Counted from the whole stretch's first letter, positions 9,445 to 18,765 are shown. The stretch is DNA of 62,318 nt, filler included, from an uncultured bacterium (GCA_964371695.1; 17 parts of 17 records of this genome joined end to end with filler, not necessarily neighbours in it); one strand, 5' to 3'. The notes: generated from the sequence alone by a model not told the origin. Made by a program: numbers and translations.

Positions 9445-10509
9445 ATGGATCAAAACACACCCGCCACGCTGTGGTTGCTGGGCGATGGCAAGGCCGGTCA
9501 CGAAAACCAGTCTCTGGGCATTGCTGATCATCTGGGGGCTGCCCCCGCGCTGTTCCGCCTGCCCTATGGCAAACAGACGGGTTTTTACCGGGAACTGGCC
9601 TGGGCCTTTGCAGCGTTACTGCCTGTGGCTGGCCCCTGGCTGGCCCGTCACCGGTTGGCCCGTCTCGCTCTTTTGATGACGCCCCCCCTGCCACTGCAAC
9701 AACCGCCCCGTCTGGTGATGGCCACGGGCACGCTCTGTTTGCCGGTGCTGGTGATGTTGCGCCGGGGCCTTGGGCTGAACACCGTGGCGATCATGTCGCG
9801 GCGGCCTTTTCCGGCGGCGGCCTTCAGCGCCATGGTGGTGCATCGTCATGGCTCGTTTTCACCGCACAGGAGGGACTTTAAAAACAGGTTCATAGAAGTG
9901 CTGGGTGCGCCCAACCGCCTGGGGCGGGCGGGTGAGCCGCCGCCTTTTACCGAAGAAATCTCACAGGCCACGACAGGCCAGAGCAGCCCCCTGGCCGTGA
10001 TTCTGGGTGGCCCGCCCGACTGGGCCGAAAAAGACGAAGCGGCCTTTCTGAAACTGGTGCAGCATCTGGGACAGTCGCCCCACCCCCTCCTCCTCACCAC
10101 CAGCCGCCGCACCCCCGCTGCGGTGGACACCGCCGTGGCCGCACTGCCCAAATCAAGAGCACCTTTTGTGCTCATCGCCAGTCAGCAGCCCGGCAACCCC
10201 ATCCCCGCCATGGTGCAAACAGCGGCGGTGTGTGTGGTGACCGCCGACAGCATCAGCATGGTGAGCGAGTGCCTGAGCGCCCACAAACCCGTGGTGGCGG
10301 TGCAGGTGTGGGGGACTGATCCCACGGGCCGCGGGGCCAAGTTCGCCGGGTTTCTGTCGCACCTGGCCCAGGAGGGCCATCTGTTGCTGGCCCAACCCGA
10401 AACCGTGAATCAAACCGTGGAGCAGGCCCTGACACACCCCTTCAAGCCCTTTCCCCTGGCTGCGGAAAAAGCCGCACTGGAAATCAAACAACTGGGGCTT
10501 TGGCCGTGA
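9445..10509 (+). CDS. ELM1/GtrOC1 (DUF1022) family putative glycosyltransferase
   Basis: WLLGDGKAGHENQSLGIA, ILGGP, LLTTSRRTP, NPIPAM, VVTADSISMVSECLS. Confidence 0.9.
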   Translation: MDQNTPATLWLLGDGKAGHENQSLGIADHLGAAPALFRLPYGKQTGFYRELAWAFAALLPVAGPWLARHRLARLALLMTPPLPLQQPPRLVMATGTLCLPVLVMLRRGLGLNTVAIMSRRPFPAAAFSAMVVHRHGSFSPHRRDFKNRFIEVLGAPNRLGRAGEPPPFTEEISQATTGQSSPLAVILGGPPDWAEKDEAAFLKLVQHLGQSPHPLLLTTSRRTPAAVDTAVAALPKSRAPFVLIASQQPGNPIPAMVQTAAVCVVTADSISMVSECLSAHKPVVAVQVWGTDPTGRGAKFAGFLSHLAQEGHLLLAQPETVNQTVEQALTHPFKPFPLAAEKAALEIKQLGLWP

Positions 10510-11162
10510 AAAGCCTCAAGGCGATTTTCACCAGCGCCGCCGCACTGTTTTTTGATCACCGCTGCGTGGCCTGTGGCCACGCAGCGGTGATCACCCAATG
10601 CCCCCAGTGCCGGGATAAAAAATTCCGCTTTGCCGCCGCCCGCAGTCTTTTTGCCTATCAGGCCCCCTGGCGCGAGGTGATACAGGCGGTCAAGTTCCAG
10701 AGCTGGCACGGCCTGCTGAAACACATCACCCCCCATTGGGTGCCGTTTGTGCGGGAATCCCTTGAGAACTTTCCTTTTGAGGCATCGCCCACCATCACCT
10801 TTGTGCCGGGCCAGCCCAGCCGCCAGCGCGACCGCAGCGTGCTGCTGAGCCAGCAACTGGCCGCCCAGGCCAGCGCGGCGCTGAGCCTGCCCGCCCCGCC
10901 CCTGCTGCTGAAAACCCGCGAAACCCCGGCCCAGATGAGCCTGCCCGTGGCCGAGCGGGCCAGGAATCTGCGGGGGGCCTTTTCGCCACTGATAGAATCG
11001 GCCCCGTGGCCGAAAGAGGTGGTGCTGATAGACGACCTCATCACCACGGGCCACACCGCCAACGAATGCACCCGCACACTCATCAAAGCAGGAACCCGCA
11101 CGGTGCTGGTGCTGAGTCTGGCCCGCGCCATTCTGGACAAACCCTGGGAACAGGATCCATGA
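10506..11162 (+). CDS. comF: ComF family protein (zinc ribbon plus phosphoribosyltransferase domain)
   Basis: CxxC...CxxC; Q..L...ERARNLRGAF; VVLIDDLITTGHT; GTG start overlaps the upstream TGA. Confidence 0.85.
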   Translation: MKSLKAIFTSAAALFFDHRCVACGHAAVITQCPQCRDKKFRFAAARSLFAYQAPWREVIQAVKFQSWHGLLKHITPHWVPFVRESLENFPFEASPTITFVPGQPSRQRDRSVLLSQQLAAQASAALSLPAPPLLLKTRETPAQMSLPVAERARNLRGAFSPLIESAPWPKEVVLIDDLITTGHTANECTRTLIKAGTRTVLVLSLARAILDKPWEQDP

Positions 11163-11314
11163 AGCGGCGCACGGGTCTGGCCCCTTGGGCCATTGCTGCC
11201 ACCCTTTCGGGAGTNNNNNNNNNNNNNNNNNNNNNNNNNNNNNNNNNNNNNNNNNNNNTTAATTAATTAANNNNNNNNNNNNNNNNNNNNNNNNNNNNNN
11301 NNNNNNNNNNNNNN

Positions 11315-11481
11315 GGAGTCTTTCCAGATGCCCATTGGGGCATCTGGCCGAGCAAAGGCGATAGCGGCCTGCCCCGAAAACCGGAGGGTTGAAAACCCGC
11401 AGGTTTTCGCGCTCGTGGGCGGAATTCATTTCCGCCCACGGCGATCGAATAAATCCATGGAGGGATTTATGAGATAAGTTC
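11315..11481. repeat. Composite palindromic repeat (four hairpins)
   Basis: 11315-11366 is the exact reverse complement of 52077-52128. Further hairpins at 11391-11408, 11414-11440 and 11449-11470. Confidence 0.8.
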
Positions 11482-11503
11482 TTGTGAAACCCGTCAAAAA
11501 CAA

Positions 11504-12991
11504 TCAAGCCAACTGACCTGGTTGTTTGTCCAGAATCCACCACCTGGCTTCGGCCCGCAGCACCTTGCCCACGGGGCTGAGGGGCATTTCCGTCATGGCA
11601 TGCCACGCCCGCGGGTGTTTGTGGCGGGCCAGCCTGCCCTCCAGAAAACCCGCCAGTTCTGCGGCGGAACACGGCGCGCCATGCCACTCGATCACTGCCA
11701 CGGCGATTTCCCCCAGGTCTTCGTGGGGCAGACCCACCACAGCCACGTGGGCCACCTGGGGCAGTTGTTCTATCACCGCTTCGATTTCAGCCGGGTAAAG
11801 ATTCACGCCGCCGCTGATGATGAGGTCGCCCTTGCGATCACACAGATAAACAAATCCCTTTTCGTCCACCCGGCCAATGTCCCACACTGTCAGGAACTCC
11901 CCCTGAAAACACGCGCGAGTCGCCGCCTCCTCTTCAAAATAACCTTCCATCAACGTGTCGTTGTGGACATAAAGAAAGCCTGTTTCGCCCACGGGTTTTT
12001 CGTGGCCGTTTTCATCCAGCACCTTCACCCGCGTGCCCGGCGGCGGGCACCCCACACTGCCTGGGGCAAGGGCGCGCTCCTGTGGACTGAGGCAGGCCAC
12101 CGTGCCTGTTTCGGTGCTGCCATAAAACTCATACAACTTTTCCCGCCCCAGCCAGTTTTCGATTTCTTGCAGCACCGCCGCGCCCAGGGGCGCCCCCGCG
12201 CACACCGCCACCCGCACATTGGCCGCCGTGGCGCGAGCGTCTGGGGTTTCTTTCAGCGCCCGGCACAAACGGTGAAAGTGGGGGGGACCGCCAAAACGCA
12301 CGGCCGGGGGGCCATGGCGCAGTTCATCCAGCACCGCCTGGGGAGAAAAATGCTCAAACAGCACCGCCTGCGCGCCGCTGAACAGACAAAGGTTGAGAAA
12401 AAGATTGGGGCCGCTGTGATAAAGGGGCGCAAACAGCAGGTGCCTGTCCTGCGCCGACAAATTTAGCCAACCAGCCATGCGGCGTGTGCGGGCCTCGTCT
12501 CCCCCGGCCCGACGCACCACCGCCTTGGGCAAACCCGTGGTGCCGCCGGTGAACAGCAGCGTGGAGCCGACGCCACCCCTTTCTGGCGTCAACGCCGCGT
12601 CAGAAAAATCCTCACCGACTTCCATTTCGAGAAGACCAAGAGAAAGCACCTGCACCGCCACGCTGTTTGTCTCAACAATTTTCAGGGCAGGGGCAAACCA
12701 GTCTTCATTCACCCACCACAACGCAGGTTTCACCAGGGCAAGATGCTGGGCCGCCTCTGGTTCACTCAAACGATAGGAGACCGGCACAAACCCGATCCCC
12801 TCCAGTTGACAGGCCAGCTTCAACCACACCCAGGCGGGGCGATTTTTGGCACTCACCATCACCCGGTCGCCGCTGCCCGCGCCAGACTGACGCAGCACCC
12901 CCCGCGCCGCCGCCACACAGGCCGCCGCATGGCCCCAGGTCCAGCGCTCCGCGCCCATTTGCAGGCAGGGGGCCTGGGGATTGGCCAGCAT
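11504..12991 (-). CDS. Acyl-CoA synthetase / AMP-binding enzyme
   Basis: LLFTGGTTGLPKAV, YEFYGSTETG, DRKGDLIISGGVNLYPAEIE, GKVLR. Confidence 0.92.
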   Translation of the reverse strand: MLANPQAPCLQMGAERWTWGHAAACVAAARGVLRQSGAGSGDRVMVSAKNRPAWVWLKLACQLEGIGFVPVSYRLSEPEAAQHLALVKPALWWVNEDWFAPALKIVETNSVAVQVLSLGLLEMEVGEDFSDAALTPERGGVGSTLLFTGGTTGLPKAVVRRAGGDEARTRRMAGWLNLSAQDRHLLFAPLYHSGPNLFLNLCLFSGAQAVLFEHFSPQAVLDELRHGPPAVRFGGPPHFHRLCRALKETPDARATAANVRVAVCAGAPLGAAVLQEIENWLGREKLYEFYGSTETGTVACLSPQERALAPGSVGCPPPGTRVKVLDENGHEKPVGETGFLYVHNDTLMEGYFEEEAATRACFQGEFLTVWDIGRVDEKGFVYLCDRKGDLIISGGVNLYPAEIEAVIEQLPQVAHVAVVGLPHEDLGEIAVAVIEWHGAPCSAAELAGFLEGRLARHKHPRAWHAMTEMPLSPVGKVLRAEARWWILDKQPGQLA

Positions 12992-13041
12992 GTGGTTTAC
13001 CCAGGTGGGATGCCGGTGGGGTTGTTCTTCATGCCGATTGT

Positions 13042-13070
13042 TTGACAGTCTTCAACCACCCCTTTAGCGT
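13042..13070 (+). promoter_or_regulatory. Sigma70-type promoter immediately before ATG 13079
   Basis: TTGACA-N17-TAGCGT, then 8 nt to the ATG; no Shine-Dalgarno motif. Confidence 0.65.
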
Positions 13071-13078
13071 AGCCGCCC

Positions 13079-13888
13079 ATGTCATCCGGCAAGTTGCCAG
13101 AGCAGGTCAACCGGCAACTTCGCCGGGCGCTCATCCTTTATCAACGGGGTGAGATTATCAAACGCTATGACTTTGAAGCGCTTTCTGTAGACCCGGTGGT
13201 GGCCAGCAAGGGCCTGCTCAAGGGCCTTGTGCCAGTGGACATAGAACGCCTTAAAAACCTTTTCCTGGCCCATTTTTATCCGCCGCTGGAAAGCCGCACC
13301 GACCGGGACGAGTCTTTTGCCGTGCTGGTGAAAATGTTGTGGAACCCGAAAAAGATCATGCGTTTTGTGCCTTCCATTTCGGGCATCCTGCTGAAATACA
13401 ACGTCAAGTTTTATCCGGCGATGAAGGCGGGGCTGAACGCCATGCGCGCTTATCACCTGAGCATGGTGATCGAAAACAATCTGGTGCGTTTGCTCTATGG
13501 CCTTTACATCGAGCGGGGCCTGCCCTTTCCCAAAAAAGGCGAAGACCTGCCCACGGACATCTATCTCAAGGCCTACACCTCGGCCCATTACCACGACTTC
13601 GCCAAGCTCATCGAAATGGCCAGCCATATTCTGGGTGTGGCCCGCGAGCGCGAGGTCATTGATATTTCTCTGGAAATCCTGCGGGACGTAAAAAACTCCC
13701 TCACCCATCTCAACACGGCAGGCATCTACAACCAGGACATCAAGGCCATTGACTACGGCATTGACATGCTCAGCACCATCCATGACGTGTTCGGGCTTTA
13801 TTCCGAAGAAAAAGCCGCCCAACTGGTGGCGGCTCTGGTGCTGGTGGAAATGCGTTATCTGGACACCCACCACGGCAAGGGTGGTTAA
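13079..13888 (+). CDS. Hypothetical alpha-helical protein
   Basis: 269-aa ORF with consistent codon usage; no confident family. Confidence 0.75.
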   Translation: MSSGKLPEQVNRQLRRALILYQRGEIIKRYDFEALSVDPVVASKGLLKGLVPVDIERLKNLFLAHFYPPLESRTDRDESFAVLVKMLWNPKKIMRFVPSISGILLKYNVKFYPAMKAGLNAMRAYHLSMVIENNLVRLLYGLYIERGLPFPKKGEDLPTDIYLKAYTSAHYHDFAKLIEMASHILGVAREREVIDISLEILRDVKNSLTHLNTAGIYNQDIKAIDYGIDMLSTIHDVFGLYSEEKAAQLVAALVLVEMRYLDTHHGKGG

Positions 13889-13892
13889 AACC

Positions 13893-14579
13893 TCACGCCA
13901 GCAACGTGGGCAAATCCGCCACCAGTTTTTTGGCCCCCGCCTGAAGCAACTGCTCTGCCGGTGTGGTGTGTAGCACCCCCACGGTCCACAGGCCCGCCGC
14001 CGAGGCCGCTTGCACACCACCGGCAGTGTCCTCCACCGCCAGACACTGGGCGGGGACGAGCGCCCCGACCCGTTCCCTCAGCCGCGCCAGGGCCAGTTGG
14101 TATTGACCGGGATGGGGCTTGCCGGGCACGTCTTCTTCTGCCGCCACCACCACCTGGGGCCAGTGTTCGATGCCCATCCGCAATAGATGAAACCGGATTT
14201 CCGCCAGCAATGCGCCGCGCACAATGGCCGTGGGGGTGCCGGTGTTTTTCAGCGCCGCCAAAAGCGCCGCTGCCCCCGCAAACACCGGGGCCTGGCTTGG
14301 AGCCAGTTCCAGATAACGCCGGGCTTTTTCCTGCACCAGCCGGGCGATGGCGGCCTCTGAACAGTCCCGCCCCGCCTCCTGCAACGCCAGGTCAAACACA
14401 CCTTCGTCGTCCAGAGCGATAAACCGGCTGTCGTAATCGGCCTGGCTCAGGGTGAAATTTTCTTCTGCCAGCAGATCCCGGAACAACAGAAAATGCAGAT
14501 GTTCGTCGTCAATCAGCACACCGTTGAAATCCAGAAACACCGCCTGCGGATCAAAAGGCAGATGGGGAAATAAAGGCAT
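13893..14579 (-). CDS. HAD-superfamily phosphatase
   Basis: FLDFNGVLID motif I, GKPHP, AVEDTAGGVQAA. Confidence 0.9.
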   Translation of the reverse strand: MPLFPHLPFDPQAVFLDFNGVLIDDEHLHFLLFRDLLAEENFTLSQADYDSRFIALDDEGVFDLALQEAGRDCSEAAIARLVQEKARRYLELAPSQAPVFAGAAALLAALKNTGTPTAIVRGALLAEIRFHLLRMGIEHWPQVVVAAEEDVPGKPHPGQYQLALARLRERVGALVPAQCLAVEDTAGGVQAASAAGLWTVGVLHTTPAEQLLQAGAKKLVADLPTLLA

Positions 14580-14875
14580 TACTCACCACCCTGCTCCAGT
14601 TCACCCAGCAGTTCCCGCACCTGCACCAGCTCCACTTCAAGCTGCATGATGCGCATGGCCCCCGGCAGGTTGACGCCCTCGCCAGTGAGTTCCAGCAGGC
14701 GCTCCAGTCGGCGGATGTGGTTGTTGGTGTAAAGCCGTTTGGTGCGGCCAGTGCGCTTGGGGCTGACAATGCCCTTGCGGTCGTAGGTGCGCAGGGTCTG
14801 CGGGTGAACGCTCAGGCGAATCGCCACCTGTGTGACGGAATAAAGCGGCGTGTCGTCGTCAATCAGTTCGCTCAT
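14579..14875 (-). CDS. hspR: MerR-family regulator, HspR-like
   Basis: PLYSVTQVAIRLSVHPQTLRTYDRKGIVSPKRTG..RLYT...LTGEGVNLPG. Confidence 0.75.
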   Translation of the reverse strand: MSELIDDDTPLYSVTQVAIRLSVHPQTLRTYDRKGIVSPKRTGRTKRLYTNNHIRRLERLLELTGEGVNLPGAMRIMQLEVELVQVRELLGELEQGGE

Positions 14876-14905
14876 GGGATGTTTCTGGATTTTGAACCCC
14901 TGCGT

Positions 14906-14990
14906 TTATTCCTTGGTCAACTGCTGCACCAGCGGCACACCCCACTGGAACACCCACACCCACACCAGCAGCAGAAACACCACGCCGCCG
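14906..14990 (-). CDS. C-terminal fragment of a membrane protein
   Basis: GGVVFLLLVWVWVFQWGVPLVQQLTKE* from the contig end. Confidence 0.5.
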
Positions 14991-15226
14991 NNNNNNNNNN
15001 NNNNNNNNNNNNNNNNNNNNNNNNNNNNNNNNNNTTAATTAATTAANNNNNNNNNNNNNNNNNNNNNNNNNNNNNNNNNNNNNNNNNNNNGGTCTTTACC
15101 GTGCGGCGTTGTTTGCAAGGTTTCACGGATGAAACCGGCAAACCAATTTAAAAAACTGGGTGGGCGCACTTCAATAACCAATCGTGTCGCAGAAATTTTT
15201 CTTTTAAATGAGGGTTGGTCATTTAA

Positions 15227-17053
15227 ATGAAAGTTTTGGGTATCTCAGCTTTTAATCACGCCGCCGCCGCAGCGCGGGTGGTGGCGGGCGAACTCGTGCC
15301 CGCAGCCCAGGAGGAGCGAACCCCCCCCAAAAACCACGACCCGGACTTTCCGGTGAACGCCGCCCGTTTTTGTCTGGACAAGGCAGGGCTTGGGGTGGCC
15401 GACCTGGACGTGGTGAGTTTTTATGACAAACCCCTGCTCAAGTTCGAGCGCCTGTTGCAGACCTATCTGGCTTACGCACCGCTTGGATTCCGCTCGTTTG
15501 CGCTGTCCATGCCCCTGTGGTTTTCGCAGAAACTTTTTCTCGAAGACGAAATCCGCAAGGGCCTGGGGGGCTACACCGGCCCGGTGTTTTTCAGCCGCCA
15601 CCATGTTTCACACGCCGCCAGTGGATTTTTCCCAAGTCCCTTTGAAGAAGCCGCCGTGGTGTGTGTGGATGGCGTGGGTGAGTGGGCCACCACCTCCATC
15701 GCCCAGGGCCAGGGCAACCGCCTCACCATGCTGCGGGAGATCAACTTTCCCCACAGCCTGGGGCTGCTTTACAGCGCCGTCACCTATTACACCGGTTTCA
15801 AGGTGAACAGCGGTGAATACAAGGTGATGGGTCTGGCGCCCTATGGCCAGCCTCGTTATGTCCAGGCGATTCTGGACAACCTGATTGACCTGAAAGAGGA
15901 CGGCTCCTTTCACCTGAACATGGATTACTTCACCTATCCGGTGGGCCTCACCATGACAGGCCGCGCCCTTGAAAAACTCTTGGGCCACCCGGCGCGAAAA
16001 CCCGAAAGCGAACTGACACAGCGCGAGATGGATCTGGCCGCCAGCGTGCAGGTGGTGATTGAAATGGCCATGGACAGGCTGGCCCGCGAGGCCCACCGGC
16101 TCACCGGCTCGCAAAACCTTTGTCTGGCGGGGGGCGTGGCGCTCAACTGCGTGGCCAACGGCAAACTGCTGCGCGAGGGGCCGTTCAAAAAAATGTGGAT
16201 ACAACCCGCCGCCGGAGACGCCGGGGGCGCGCTGGGCACGGCGCTGGACGTGTGGCATCACCACGGCAATCAGCCCCGTGTGGTGAAGCCCGGCAGGCTG
16301 GACGCCCAGAAGGGCAGTTATCTGGGGCCGGAGATCACCCGTGATGAAGTCGCCGCCCTGCTCAAAAAACACAACGCCCCCGCCCGGTTTTTTGAGAATG
16401 AAGACGACTTGTTGCAGGTCGTGGCCCAGGCACTGGCGGCTGAAAACGTGGTGGGCTGGGCCTGTGGCCCCATGGAGTTTGGCCCCCGCGCTTTGGGGGC
16501 GCGGTCTATATTGGGCGACCCACGCTCAGCCAAAATGCAGTCCACCATGAACCTCAAAATCAAATACCGGGAGTCCTTTCGCCCCTTTGCGCCGTCGGTG
16601 CTGCGCGAAAAGGTGAACGAGTGGTTTGAGATGGACGCAGACAGCCCCTACATGCTGCTGGTGGCCCCGGTGTGTGAAGAAAAACGCCTGCCCGTGCCCG
16701 ATGGTTATGAAAACCTCTGGGGCATTGAACAACTCAATGTGCCTCGCAGCGTGATACCCGCTGTCACCCACGTGGATTATTCGGCGCGTATCCAAACCGT
16801 GCATGAAGAAACCAACCCGCGATACGCCCGGCTGCTCAAGGCCTTTGAAGCCCTCACCGGCTGCCCGGTGTTGGTGAACACCAGTTTCAACGTGCGCGGT
16901 GAGCCGATTGTGTGCAATGCCGAAGATGCTTATCGCTGTTTCATGCGCACCGAAATGGACTATCTGGTGCTGGGCGACTTTCTGCTGGACAAAAAAGAAC
17001 AACCCGCCCTGCCCAAGGACGAATCCTGGAAAAAGGAGTTCGCACTGGACTGA
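15227..17053 (+). CDS. O-carbamoyltransferase, NodU/CmcH/SxtI family
   Basis: HHVSHAAS, DGVGEW, SLGLLYS, GEYKVMGLAPYG, AGGVALNCVANG, EFGPRALG, KYRESFRPFAP, NTSFNVRGEP. Confidence 0.95.
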   Translation: MKVLGISAFNHAAAAARVVAGELVPAAQEERTPPKNHDPDFPVNAARFCLDKAGLGVADLDVVSFYDKPLLKFERLLQTYLAYAPLGFRSFALSMPLWFSQKLFLEDEIRKGLGGYTGPVFFSRHHVSHAASGFFPSPFEEAAVVCVDGVGEWATTSIAQGQGNRLTMLREINFPHSLGLLYSAVTYYTGFKVNSGEYKVMGLAPYGQPRYVQAILDNLIDLKEDGSFHLNMDYFTYPVGLTMTGRALEKLLGHPARKPESELTQREMDLAASVQVVIEMAMDRLAREAHRLTGSQNLCLAGGVALNCVANGKLLREGPFKKMWIQPAAGDAGGALGTALDVWHHHGNQPRVVKPGRLDAQKGSYLGPEITRDEVAALLKKHNAPARFFENEDDLLQVVAQALAAENVVGWACGPMEFGPRALGARSILGDPRSAKMQSTMNLKIKYRESFRPFAPSVLREKVNEWFEMDADSPYMLLVAPVCEEKRLPVPDGYENLWGIEQLNVPRSVIPAVTHVDYSARIQTVHEETNPRYARLLKAFEALTGCPVLVNTSFNVRGEPIVCNAEDAYRCFMRTEMDYLVLGDFLLDKKEQPALPKDESWKKEFALD

Positions 17054-17466
17054 TGTTTGCGCTGAACCAACTGCCCACGCCCAAGCCCAAAGACCTGCGC
17101 CTGTTTGGCGTACTGCTGGCGGCTTTTCTGGTTTTTCTGAGCTGGAAGTTCTGGCGGTTTGCAGGCGTGGCCCCCCGGGTGCTGTGGGGCGGCGCGGGGC
17201 TGGTGCTGTTGCTGGCGGCGGTGTTTCCAAGGGGATTGTTCTGGGTACACCGGGGCATGTTGCTGGCGGTGTTCCCGGTGGGCTGGCTGGTGGTGCATGT
17301 CTTTTTGCTGCTGGTGTTGTGTCTGGTGATGGCCCCCATCGGGTTTGTCATGCGGCTGACGGGGAGTGATCACTTGGCCCGTCGCTGGAACAAAAATGAA
17401 ACCAGTTACTGGCATGAGGCCGAACACCCACTGATGACGCCGGAAGATTTCAGTAAGCTGTATTGA
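17053..17466 (+). CDS. SxtJ-family membrane protein
   Basis: ATG overlaps the upstream stop; KDLRLFG, hydrophobic helices, APIGFVMRLTGSD.L......SYW. Confidence 0.8.
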   Translation: MFALNQLPTPKPKDLRLFGVLLAAFLVFLSWKFWRFAGVAPRVLWGGAGLVLLLAAVFPRGLFWVHRGMLLAVFPVGWLVVHVFLLLVLCLVMAPIGFVMRLTGSDHLARRWNKNETSYWHEAEHPLMTPEDFSKLY

Positions 17467-17480
17467 ATGAAGGAGCAGGG

Positions 17481-17645
17481 ATGAGCAAATTGAGCGTCTT
17501 CAAACAGTTGGCAGGTCTGGTGAAGGCCCGCAAGGCCTATGTGCTGGTGCCTGTGCTGCTGGCCCTGATGGCGCTGGCGGCGCTGGCACTGCTGGGCGGC
17601 GTGGGCGGCGGTGCGGTGCTGCCGTTCGTCTACGCATTTTTCTGA
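17481..17645 (+). CDS. SxtK/DUF5989-family small membrane protein
   Basis: AAGGAG RBS; ARKAYVLVPVLLAL...LPFVYAFF C-terminus typical of this family. Confidence 0.8.
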   Translation: MSKLSVFKQLAGLVKARKAYVLVPVLLALMALAALALLGGVGGGAVLPFVYAFF

Positions 17646-17666
17646 ACGATTTATGAAACAGTTGGA

Positions 17667-17690
17667 GTAGGCGCGGTGTCCCCACCGCGC
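17667..17690 (+). repeat. GTAG-type REP
   Basis: GTAG+GCGCGGTG-TCCC-CACCGCGC-type hairpin between convergent genes; a relative lies at 22308. Confidence 0.65.
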
Positions 17691-17761
17691 ATGTGACAGA
17701 CGGCGATGTGGACATCGCCACTACTTCAATAAACTCGCAAACTCGGTGAACCTGCTTCGAT

Positions 17762-18765
17762 TTACCGCTTTACGGCCAACACGTTCATCAGGCCAAAGCT
17801 GAACATGGGCACATAACGCCGCTCCAGCCCCAGCAGGCGGGCGGGCACGCGCAATATTTTTGCCAGGGGCGGAAACAGGCTTTCGAGGCGGTTCAGAAAA
17901 TAATCCACCGACAGAAACCGGCGGTGTTTGTAGAGCTTCACCACTTCAAAACCGGAATCTTCAAGCAGGCGCACGATGGTCTGATTCGAAAAATGAAACA
18001 GGTGCATGCGCATGAGGAACGGGTAACGGCTGCCGTAGAGGCGCGCCCACTGGCTCTGCATGTTGTGGGTGCTGAGCGCGAACAGGCCGCCGGGCTTGAG
18101 CAGCAGGGCGCACTGGCGCACGGTGTGAAAGGGGTCCGTGAGGTGTTCGATCACGTCCCACATGGTGAGGATGTCGAACGAGGCCGCCTGGGCGGGCAGC
18201 AGGTCATCCAGCGTTGCGCCCAGATACCGCCCCTGCAGGGCCGGGTTTTGCTCTCTGGCCCAGCGGGAGGGTTCCACGCCGTGGGTGTCCCACCCGGCTT
18301 CGCGGGCCACGTTCATGAACACCCCCACATAGGCCCCCACGTCCAGATGCCGCCTGTTCATGCTGACAGAGTCTTGAGAAAGTCCGTCCTGAACTTTCTC
18401 AACCGATTTTCCAGGAAATAAATTCCCGAAAAATCGCGGAAACCTGCGGTTTCCGGGGGCGCGCCGTCCGGGCGCGCGCAGGGTGTTTGTCAACACCCTG
18501 CCGGGCAGAAACGGCGTCATGTCCCGCAGGTGGCGGCGGAAGGTCATGATGCGCCCCTGGGTTTCCTGCAGATAGGTTTCGTCCACTACGTCTTCGTAAC
18601 TGCCCAGGATTTCGCCCTGGCTCTGTTCTTCTTCGCTGTAAATCAGGCCGCAGCCGGGGCATTTGAAAATATTCAGGTGGCGGCCAAAGTGGATGTTGGT
18701 GCAGGTGAACTCACCGGCGCTCAGCGGCTCGCCTGGGTGAATCCGAACCGGCTGCGCGACTACGA
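17762..18765 (-). CDS. Class I SAM-dependent methyltransferase with N-terminal CxxC (5'-truncated), carrying a 48-aa in-frame insert
   Basis: Frame open to the contig end (FTCTNIHFGRHLNIFKCPGCGLIY); HLDVGAYVG motif I, GVEPS, FDILTMWDVIEH, LLKPGG. Confidence 0.9.
18353..18496. mobile_element. 144-bp palindromic element inserted in frame in the methyltransferase
   Basis: Five consecutive hairpins, a CCTG direct repeat at both ends, and motifs shared with intergenic repeats. Confidence 0.7.

Noticed and set aside
12989..13032. Possible frameshifted N-terminus (MKNNPTGIP...) of the acyl-CoA synthetase
   Set aside because: The out-of-frame ATG could be chance; the ORF from 12991 already contains all recognisable motifs, and no slippery site is evident.
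15227..17645. Saxitoxin biosynthesis
   Set aside because: Only the widespread I/J/K-like triad is present; no sxtA, sxtG or other core genes are visible.
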